Shown here piece by piece: positions 8,383 through 16,034 of a stretch of DNA of 18,430 nt. The position numbers and the translations under genes were made by a program. This DNA comes from Promethearchaeota archaeon (GTDB lineage: Archaea > Asgardarchaeota > Lokiarchaeia > Sigyniarchaeales > SOKP01). The stretch is from NCBI GenBank assembly GCA_030603385.1, contig JAUVXW010000047.1, positions 1 to 18,430 on the forward strand. Direction: 5' to 3'. The notes under the pieces are model-generated. The model did not search any database. It was given only the letters and a program-made list of their open reading frames with translations, and was not told where the DNA came from. How positions within the stretch are numbered: the stretch's first letter is position 1; each line of letters begins with the position of its first letter.

Positions 8383-9621
8383 ATGAAAGAAGAAACTAAA
8401 TGGTTTAATAAAAATTGGTGGGTATCACCTCTCAATTATAATGATGATGTACTTAAATCCTTCAATCTTCCCGAAAAAGTTTATGTCAGAGATTCTACAA
8501 TTAGGGAAGGCGAAGAGACTCCCGGAGTATATTATACATTAGATCAAAAGATTAATATTGTAGAGAAATTAGAGGATATCGGCATTGAACACATAGATTG
8601 TGGCTATATTGGACAAGTTCAGGATCAATGGGACTTGGCAAATCAAATTAAAGAATTGGGTATTAAATTAAAGACATATTCCCATTTAAGCACAAATCCT
8701 TCGAGATGGACATCAGAAATTGAAAAATCAATGGAAGCAAAAATAGATTATATCGGATTTGGAATTGTTTTGACAGAATGGCAACTTCAATTATTTACTG
8801 GTGATGATAAAATAACACCAGAAGTAATGGTGTCAATAATTCCATCTGTCTTAAGCAGAATTAAAAAGCTTGGAGCAAATGCAATTTTAGATTGCGTCGA
8901 TGCCACTAGATCAAACTTATCAACTTTGACAAAAGCAATCGAACAAGGTATCAAACATGGTGTAAAAATGATAATGCTATATGATACTGTTGGTGCTTGT
9001 AACATTTCTGCGATTTCTTATCTAATAAGGAAGTTAAAACCCATTACGAATGACATACCAATCGGTATTCATGTTCATGATGATTTTGGGTTAGGCACAG
9101 CTTCAACAGTTGCTGCTGTTGAACAAGGGGCATCATTTATGGACCTTGTTGTAAATAAGCTCGGAGACAGAGCTGGTAATACCTCATTTGAGGAAGTTGT
9201 TGTTTCATTAGAAATGCTATATGGAATAGATACAGGAATTGATCTTTCTAAATTATACGATTTAAGTAAATATATCGAAAAAGTCTCTGGAGTTCCTTTA
9301 CCATATAATAAACCTATCGTTGGTAAGAATACTTTTATACATGAAAGTGAGCTTCATGTAATGAGCGCATTAAAAAAAGATAAACACTGGATGTGCTTTA
9401 CACCATATCGACCAGAGGTGGTAGGTCAAGAAGAAAAAGTCATATTTGGTCCCACCACTCTGCATGGGGATGCTATTAAATTGAAATGTGAACAAATGAG
9501 GCTAAACAATTATGAAAATTACTTAGATGAGATTATAACTAGCGTTCGCTCTATTATAATGGAGAAGAAATTCATTACAGAAGAAGATTTAGAAGATTTG
9601 ATAAAGAGAATAATTAAATAA
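8383..9621 (+). CDS. DRE-TIM metallolyase of the homocitrate/isopropylmalate synthase (LeuA) family; substrate uncertain
   Basis: DSTIREGEE, LYDTVG, IHVHDDFGLGTA, LGDRAGNT, KPIVGKNTFIHES. No LeuA C-terminal regulatory domain (412 aa). Confidence 0.85.
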   Translation: MKEETKWFNKNWWVSPLNYNDDVLKSFNLPEKVYVRDSTIREGEETPGVYYTLDQKINIVEKLEDIGIEHIDCGYIGQVQDQWDLANQIKELGIKLKTYSHLSTNPSRWTSEIEKSMEAKIDYIGFGIVLTEWQLQLFTGDDKITPEVMVSIIPSVLSRIKKLGANAILDCVDATRSNLSTLTKAIEQGIKHGVKMIMLYDTVGACNISAISYLIRKLKPITNDIPIGIHVHDDFGLGTASTVAAVEQGASFMDLVVNKLGDRAGNTSFEEVVVSLEMLYGIDTGIDLSKLYDLSKYIEKVSGVPLPYNKPIVGKNTFIHESELHVMSALKKDKHWMCFTPYRPEVVGQEEKVIFGPTTLHGDAIKLKCEQMRLNNYENYLDEIITSVRSIIMEKKFITEEDLEDLIKRIIK

Positions 9622-9651
9622 AAATTAAACTTTCTAGAATGGAGAATTTAA

Positions 9652-9679
9652 TGTAATAGCAGGTTTAGCTGCTGTTATA
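9652..9679 (+). other. Possible RNA hairpin in the 3' region of the LeuA-family gene
   Basis: TGTAATAGCAG-GTTTAG-CTGCTGTTATA gives an 11-bp stem with two G-U pairs and a 6-nt loop, about 30 nt after the stop codon. Confidence 0.3.
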
Positions 9680-9918
9680 ACATTTATATCAGTATTATCT
9701 CGTTAAAAAGAAAAGGACTAATAATACCGGTAGAATTACAGTAAATATTAAAAAAAACTTTTTTTTACTATTTTTTATTAATATTGAAAGAGATTACTAA
9801 TTAGAATTATAGCTTTCTAAGAAAGAGGTTTATTAATATCGTAAGTAATGATCTAACCGAAATATTAAAGCTAATTATTAAATTTATAAAGGGAGAGTCT
9901 AATTCTACATTAAAATCA

Positions 9919-11139
9919 ATGAGAAAAAATCCCAGAATTATTCATTATTATAATGAAATTGTGAGATTTTGGAATAAAATTAATTTCATAATTAAGAGAG
10001 CTTTGCCTAATTATATCACACCCACCACATCTCAATTAGCACATTTTTTATATGTAACATACAGAATATTTTGGGAAAGAGCCTCTGATAACACTATCTA
10101 TAGAGAAATGAAGGGAATTGATAAAAACTTTTTAAAAAACCTAAGGAAATTTTCATGGGAAAAGGCTTTAAAAAGAAAAGATGAGAAAGAGAAGCTAAGT
10201 ATATGTGAAGCTGTTCCTAGTTTTATGATAAATCATCTTTTACCCGTATTGTCCCTAGATTTTATCAAAGATAATATTCAAGCCATGGATGGTTTAGTTG
10301 GGAGTGATAGAACCTTTCTTCGAATTAATAGACTATTAGAGAAGAACCTAGCTCAAAATTTAAACACAGTTATTAAATCTGAATTTGAAAAGGAAAAAAT
10401 TCCTTTTTATAAAGACCCTCATGTTGTAGATTTACTTACCATTCCAACCTCTATGAAAAATAATGTATTAAAAAACCATATTTATCAAGAAGGCTATCTT
10501 ATTTTCCAAGATAAAGCTTCTGCTGCTGTAATCGAAGTACTATCTCCTCAGCCAGGAGAATTAATCTGTGATATGTGTGCTGCTCCAGGAATGAAAACGA
10601 GTTTAATTGCCCAGAATATGGAAAATAAAGGGCGTATAATAGCAGGAGAATTTCTCAATAAGCGTATAATTATTATGAAAGGTTTACTCAATCATTTGAG
10701 CGTGTTAAATACGCATATTTTAAACACTGATAGCATAATTTTTCCATTACGATTTGAAAATATCTTTGACCGTATATTGTTAGATGCTCCTTGTACCGGG
10801 AATGGCACTTTTTCAATAAATCCCGAGCTAAAATGGCGACAAAATGAAAAGTTTTTACATCAAAATACTGTTTTACAAAAAAAATTATTCGAAAGTGCTT
10901 TAAAACTATTAAAACCAAATGGAATCCTTGTATATTCTACGTGTAGTCTCTATCCAGAAGAAGGAGAATATATAATCATGAATTTTCAAGATTATTTAGA
11001 ACCTCAAAACTTACCAAAGTGGTTCTCTCCAAGTTACAATATTGAAGGTTCAATTTTGCCTGGAACTGGTAGATTATTTCCTTCAATCCATCACACTCAA
11101 GGATTTTTCATAGGAAAATTCAAAAAAAAAGAAATATAA
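9919..11139 (+). CDS. RsmB/NOP2 (NOL1/NOP2/Sun) family RNA m5C methyltransferase
   Basis: QDKAS, DMCAAPGMKT (SAM binding), ILLDAPCTGNG (motif IV Cys), LVYSTCSL..EEGE (motif VI Cys) and GFFI. Confidence 0.92.
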   Translation: MRKNPRIIHYYNEIVRFWNKINFIIKRALPNYITPTTSQLAHFLYVTYRIFWERASDNTIYREMKGIDKNFLKNLRKFSWEKALKRKDEKEKLSICEAVPSFMINHLLPVLSLDFIKDNIQAMDGLVGSDRTFLRINRLLEKNLAQNLNTVIKSEFEKEKIPFYKDPHVVDLLTIPTSMKNNVLKNHIYQEGYLIFQDKASAAVIEVLSPQPGELICDMCAAPGMKTSLIAQNMENKGRIIAGEFLNKRIIIMKGLLNHLSVLNTHILNTDSIIFPLRFENIFDRILLDAPCTGNGTFSINPELKWRQNEKFLHQNTVLQKKLFESALKLLKPNGILVYSTCSLYPEEGEYIIMNFQDYLEPQNLPKWFSPSYNIEGSILPGTGRLFPSIHHTQGFFIGKFKKKEI

Positions 11140-11177
11140 CATTACTTATTAATAGTTTGTGTTGTGAACAATTTTAC

Positions 11178-11996
11178 ATGCCACAAGAAAATAGAAAGTT
11201 CACTACTATTGGACAGATTGATGCTACAGGCGTAAGGGGGCCTCATGAGAAAGAATTAGAAGATATTAGTAATGCTAAATTCTCTATCTTCATAAATGTT
11301 GATTTAAAAGCCCTTGAGGCTATCATTAATAATGATTTAGGGGGAATAATTGAAAACATTGGTTTCAATGAGGATTGGACTATTACTATTGAAATGTTTC
11401 CTGAAGTTAACATTCATATGGCATATTCTTATTTTGGTGATGAATTTGGAGATGGTATTGAAGCAGGATTTAGGTTTTATTTCTCAGGAAGGTATGTTAC
11501 TTGGGTACCTGGTGAGGACAGTGCAACATTTATCGATATTGTTATGGATTTTATTAAGAGAAAGCTAAAGGGAGAAGAACCATTTGAAAAAAATTATAAC
11601 TCAAAAACAGATTTGATGCAAAAAGTATTATTACAAAGAGGGAAACCATTCAAATTTTTACAAGAAAAAGATCAGGAAAAACTTGAAAGTTTTCTAGGAG
11701 CTAAAGTATGGAAAACTGTTAATAGTTGGCGAATTAAAAAAGAAATATTTCCAGAAATCTTCACAGAAATTATGTGGGATGAAGAGAATGGTTTAGATAT
11801 AAAATTCCATGGTGAAAAATTAGCAAAAAACTTAGGGAGCTATCATGCAGAATTTATTGGTATATTTGTTTTAAATCATATTCTTCGATATATTACTGTG
11901 CACAATCTAGAGAAGGAATTGCCTGATATTTGCTATATTATGTTCTCTCGATACTATACAAAAAATATTGGAAAATGGGATCACAGGACAAGATAA
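11178..11996 (+). CDS. Hypothetical protein with two tandem DUF3786-like repeats
   Basis: First repeat LGG...EDW.....FPEV.I......GDEF......F.F.......PGED resembles DUF3786. Second repeat LGA.....W......FPEIFTEIMWDEE...I.F. ATG at 11178 preferred over the TTG at 11157. Confidence 0.55.
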   Translation: MPQENRKFTTIGQIDATGVRGPHEKELEDISNAKFSIFINVDLKALEAIINNDLGGIIENIGFNEDWTITIEMFPEVNIHMAYSYFGDEFGDGIEAGFRFYFSGRYVTWVPGEDSATFIDIVMDFIKRKLKGEEPFEKNYNSKTDLMQKVLLQRGKPFKFLQEKDQEKLESFLGAKVWKTVNSWRIKKEIFPEIFTEIMWDEENGLDIKFHGEKLAKNLGSYHAEFIGIFVLNHILRYITVHNLEKELPDICYIMFSRYYTKNIGKWDHRTR

Positions 11997-12012
11997 AATA
12001 AAAGTGGAGAAT

Positions 12013-12573
12013 TTATATCGCTGTCCAAAGTTGAGCTCTCCCTTTTTTTTCCGCACGTTTGATTTTTTTAGAATTCTCTAAATCAGACATAACCTTCCAA
12101 ATTTGAGAGTTGCTTAATTTAAAGTATCGTCTTAATTCTGGAGTTGACATTTTGGTATCTGTTAATAAATTTGGAATCAATCTTTTTATTTCCTCAACAG
12201 TGTTTTCATCAGAATCTTTAGGTACTTCAGCTTCAGGTTTTTCTATTATTTCCATCTCTGTAATAATTCTAGATGCAACCTTATTCAATTGTTTAATATT
12301 ATCATCCAGATTTTGAGGTTTCATAAATAAACAGCACAACTCGAGATCTCTTGGAAAAGCTACTATATAGAAGTTATCATATAAGATAGCTCTAGGTTTT
12401 TTCCCTGATGCGTTTCCACCTCGAAACGCTAGATAAAAATTCATTGCAAAATCATCTAATTTTACCAAATCTTTCGTTTTGTTATATTCCTTTTTCCATT
12501 TAAGAAAAGGGCCATCAATCATATCAAATCCAATTAAAGCAGCCCCAAATAATTCCTGTTCTTTAAAATTCAT
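12013..12573 (-). CDS. Putative uDENN/longin domain fused to a C-terminal winged helix-turn-helix
   Basis: N-terminus LFGAALIGFDMIDGPFLKW with a beta-beta-alpha-beta-beta-beta-alpha pattern, an acidic linker, then EEIKRLIPNLLTDTKMSTPELRRYFKLSNSQIWKVMSDLENSKKIKRAEKKGRAQLWTAI (wHTH pattern). The start overlaps the GTPase stop (ATGA at 12570-12573). Confidence 0.6.
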   Translation of the reverse strand: MNFKEQELFGAALIGFDMIDGPFLKWKKEYNKTKDLVKLDDFAMNFYLAFRGGNASGKKPRAILYDNFYIVAFPRDLELCCLFMKPQNLDDNIKQLNKVASRIITEMEIIEKPEAEVPKDSDENTVEEIKRLIPNLLTDTKMSTPELRRYFKLSNSQIWKVMSDLENSKKIKRAEKKGRAQLWTAI

Positions 12574-13091
12574 TTCTTTAATCCCCTCCTAATTGCGATT
12601 TTTTCTAATTCATTTTTTATTATATTCATTAGTTTTATTCTTTCTGCTGGATCTATAGCAGCTAATCCATATGTTTTCACATGTAGAAGATCCTCAACTC
12701 TTTTAGCATCCATTCGACCATCCTGCAAATCCTGCTTATTTGCTATTGCTATAATAGGGCATTCTTTACCTATAAAGTGATACGCATAATTAATCAATTC
12801 TCTCGAGTTTAGCACATTTCTAGGTGTTGAGTCTGTTACTACAAAAATAATATCAGATCCGAGCAAATAATCTTTTGAATAAGCCCTCAAATAACTGCTC
12901 TGGCCTCCTAAGTCCCATAATCTTAAATAATAATCATTAAACTTTATAGACTTTAAATCTAATCCATGTGTTGGAATATAAAATCTATCTAATATATTTT
13001 CTGACAGAAGTTTCACTATGGTAGTTTTACCCACGGCTGGGGAACCTATGAGAGTTATTTTCACCAATTTTTCTATTTCTGAACTTAACAT
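12570..13091 (-). CDS. Ras-superfamily small GTPase (Arf-like, with Rab-like features)
   Basis: G1 GSPAVGKTT, G2 YIPTHG, G3 WDLGGQ, G4 ANKQD and G5-like LAA. 173 aa with no Gly2 myristoylation site and no C-terminal Cys prenylation motif. Confidence 0.93.
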   Translation of the reverse strand: MLSSEIEKLVKITLIGSPAVGKTTIVKLLSENILDRFYIPTHGLDLKSIKFNDYYLRLWDLGGQSSYLRAYSKDYLLGSDIIFVVTDSTPRNVLNSRELINYAYHFIGKECPIIAIANKQDLQDGRMDAKRVEDLLHVKTYGLAAIDPAERIKLMNIIKNELEKIAIRRGLKK

Positions 13092-13216
13092 AGTAGTAAT
13101 AATACTAAAAATGAGTTATTAAGAAACAATGATTTAAAGAAAAATATGAATCTGGATAATATCGACGTATTACCAACTAGTTTCAAATATTATTGTTCCA
13201 TAAAGGTGTAAAAACA

Positions 13217-13942
13217 CTATTTTTGTTTTAAAAAGAGTTGTCTCATCCATTTTGGAAGAATGAATCCCCCATACCAAAATAATGCGCTCACAATCAATAA
13301 TAACCTTGTAAATACTACTGATATTTCATCCAATGGTATTGAAGAGTCCAATAAAGCACCTACTAAAAAAGTAGCATAAGCTACGATTAACAATCTTCCT
13401 TTAAGTTTAACTTCAGGATCATCAGATTTCAAGGATAACCGAGCAAATAATAAACCAGTAAAGACAACTATTAAAACAAAAACTAGTAGAAATATCATTA
13501 TGAAAGCTTTGTAGCGAACGTCAACAGGAGGATTTAATGTGCCAATTAAACTAGGATTTAGGAAAAGCAAACTAAAGAAAATGATTTCAAATACTATACC
13601 AACTAAAGTAAATATTAATAATATTAATTTACGTTTTTCAGTAAATAAAAATTCTGTAAACGCTAATAACCAAAGGGCAATCGCTAGAGGAACAAATATA
13701 TTTCCTATGAGAAAATAAACACTTGATGTTAATCCCACTCCATTGCTTAGTGATACTAAAAAGGATAAACTAGAAGGCCACCACGGCTCAGATATGAAAA
13801 TCCAGGTAGCTCCTACTAAAAAATAAATTTTCTCTTTATATTTGAAATACTTAGATAGTATTAGTAAACCAACAAATAAAGAAATGGCGACAAAAATGAA
13901 GCTAAAAATCCCACTTATAATATCAAACGGTTCTAATGACAT
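13217..13942 (-). CDS. Stand-alone seven-transmembrane protein (receptor-like)
   Basis: Seven hydrophobic segments at about aa 6-30, 39-64, 74-99, 106-128, 146-167, 184-202 and 207-229. Basic loops follow TM1, TM3, TM5 and TM7. No soluble output domain. Confidence 0.7.
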   Translation of the reverse strand: MSLEPFDIISGIFSFIFVAISLFVGLLILSKYFKYKEKIYFLVGATWIFISEPWWPSSLSFLVSLSNGVGLTSSVYFLIGNIFVPLAIALWLLAFTEFLFTEKRKLILLIFTLVGIVFEIIFFSLLFLNPSLIGTLNPPVDVRYKAFIMIFLLVFVLIVVFTGLLFARLSLKSDDPEVKLKGRLLIVAYATFLVGALLDSSIPLDEISVVFTRLLLIVSALFWYGGFILPKWMRQLFLKQK

Positions 13943-14030
13943 AGTCTAATCAAATTTTCCTTTTTTTTGTATAAATAAACAATAAGAGAATGAATTATAT
14001 AAATGTTGAATTATATTCAAGATAAAACTT

Positions 14031-15917
14031 TTAGATATTATAAAGAAAAAATAATAATATAAGCGAAAAAAATGTAGGTATTATTAAACTAAATGTTAAT
14101 AAGCTCTGTGAAACTCTAATACCTTCTTTAAGGGTATCAATAATAGCATTAAAGTATCGCGGATTACCCCAAATCTTAACCTTACGTTCTATAGAGTCAT
14201 TATAATAAAACTCAACGGGTTCTATATTATCTTCTGCTTCTTGGATTAAAATTTCTAATTTTTCTAAAATTTCATCGATTTTTATTTTGTCTCCAATAGG
14301 GGAATAACCTCTGGCTGAAAATTGTCTTGCTACAGTATGAGAATCAGAAGTAGTAATTTCTCCTCTTTCTATTCCCCTGTTTTGTAACATATTTAGGACA
14401 TAAGACCGAATATCTATGAACGCATTATTCCCATCAAAATGAATTAAAGCTGTTGTCTGATCAGTATTGGAATTTTGAAATAAATGGACAACTATGCCAC
14501 CAAAACCTATTCCATCTTTTTCTGAGTAATTTTTAAATGCACCTTTTGCAACCCCATATAGCATCGGAACCTTTTGAGAATTTTGAACTTTTTTACTTTC
14601 AATATAGTTTTGGGTTACATTAAATAAATCTTGAGCTTCAATCGAATCCCTTTTGATTAATATCTCATTGCCAATAATGGCATTATGAGAATCAACAATA
14701 ATGATATCTTTAAATCCCTTTGAAATAACATATTTTCTTATCCGATCTCCTACACTTGATTCAATATCGTCAGAAGGAAGCGGATGTCTTGTAATAAATA
14801 TAATGGGGGTATTACCAACTTCAATTCCAATGAGTTTAGCAGAATTTGAGATCTTTCTCGTAAAGTCTTTGACTTCCTTAACCCAATTTATATTTGGGTT
14901 ATTATTAATAGCATCAATATCTTGTTTTATTCTCTTCATAATGATTTCAACATACCCTTGAGATGTTAAATTTTGAGTATGATCATTAGTCGTGTGATAT
15001 ACAGTGGTTCCTGGGATGTGCTCAAATGCTTTATATATATGTTCAGGTAAGTCAGAAGAACCACATGTCTTAAATGGACCAAAATGAATATGTGGAACAA
15101 CGAATAAGCCTTTAATTTCTTTTGAAGATGTACTTCGGATAACTAAATACTGAATTCTGACATTAGATTTTATCCCAACCCTCTCAAAGTAACTTTCTAT
15201 AAGCTCATCATTCCCCTCTGTCATCATAGAAAGAATAAAAGCTCTAATAAAAGGATAACCACTCATACCGGTTGCTTCCCTATATATATTGCTCACTTGA
15301 AACAAACCTCTTCGATATGGGAATGCAAACAACATAGCGCATGCAACAAAAAAGATTATAGCTCTTACAAAGAAATCACTATCAAACTGTCCAATATAGA
15401 GGCTATAGAGGGTAATAGCAGTTAAGGGTTGTAAGAGTGATAAAATCATGTATCCAGGACGACCTACAGTAGTAAATGAAAAATAAATGACAAAAGCAAC
15501 AATATAAGATATAATCGATCCCATTATAAAAAATACTTCTTGATACCAGATGTTTTGGAGTAAAATGGCGACTATTTGGCCAAAAATAAAAGTAACTTCA
15601 ATCATAGCACTAAAATATACGTTCATTTGGATTGACCATCCATTTGGAGGGGCTCGCAATATAGGTGCTTTTTTTGAATAAAATAACATAGAAAAACTAG
15701 CACCTAAACCTGAGAGCAGCAAAAATAAACCTACAAACCTAAAGAAATGTAAAAAATCTAAATCATTTATTAGAATATAATTTAATATCAACGACAATAG
15801 TCCAAACACAATTGGAGTTCCAAGAAAAGTAGAATAAGCTAACTTTCTTGACTGGAAAAATTCCATATATGAAATTATTCCGGGGATTTGACGAGAGGGT
15901 GTCTTTTTAATAAACAT
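14031..15917 (-). CDS. DUF2070 family membrane protein (predicted neutral-ceramidase-like lipid hydrolase)
   Basis: About six N-terminal TM helices, then a soluble domain with PHIHFGPF, H..NDH, VDSHN, FDGNN and TSDSH, and a C-terminal TM helix. Confidence 0.85.
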   Translation of the reverse strand: MFIKKTPSRQIPGIISYMEFFQSRKLAYSTFLGTPIVFGLLSLILNYILINDLDFLHFFRFVGLFLLLSGLGASFSMLFYSKKAPILRAPPNGWSIQMNVYFSAMIEVTFIFGQIVAILLQNIWYQEVFFIMGSIISYIVAFVIYFSFTTVGRPGYMILSLLQPLTAITLYSLYIGQFDSDFFVRAIIFFVACAMLFAFPYRRGLFQVSNIYREATGMSGYPFIRAFILSMMTEGNDELIESYFERVGIKSNVRIQYLVIRSTSSKEIKGLFVVPHIHFGPFKTCGSSDLPEHIYKAFEHIPGTTVYHTTNDHTQNLTSQGYVEIIMKRIKQDIDAINNNPNINWVKEVKDFTRKISNSAKLIGIEVGNTPIIFITRHPLPSDDIESSVGDRIRKYVISKGFKDIIIVDSHNAIIGNEILIKRDSIEAQDLFNVTQNYIESKKVQNSQKVPMLYGVAKGAFKNYSEKDGIGFGGIVVHLFQNSNTDQTTALIHFDGNNAFIDIRSYVLNMLQNRGIERGEITTSDSHTVARQFSARGYSPIGDKIKIDEILEKLEILIQEAEDNIEPVEFYYNDSIERKVKIWGNPRYFNAIIDTLKEGIRVSQSLLTFSLIIPTFFSLILLFFLYNI

Positions 15918-16034
15918 AAACTTTTAAGCTTATAGTAATTCTTATCTGAGAAAACACATTCTAGAGTAATGAATAAATTGATTATTATATCTTTATCTAA
16001 AAAATTATAAATAAAATATTTTTTTATAGAGAGT

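Noticed and set aside
9652-9679. SECIS element or selenoprotein readthrough
   Set aside because: The hairpin lacks the AUGA/GA quartet and apical AA. The upstream gene ends in TAA, and no gene here shows an in-frame TGA interrupting a conserved domain.
12016-12201. Z-alpha (Z-DNA/Z-RNA binding) identity for the C-terminal wHTH, suggested by the terminal LW
   Set aside because: The recognition helix lacks the Z-alpha Asn and Tyr contacts (NSQIWKVMSDL vs the KKEINRVLY type), and the wing has no prolines. A generic or FaeA-like wHTH fits better.
13217-13942. Microbial rhodopsin or schizorhodopsin call for the 7TM protein
   Set aside because: No Schiff-base Lys (DxxxK) in TM7 and no RYxDW-like motif in TM3.
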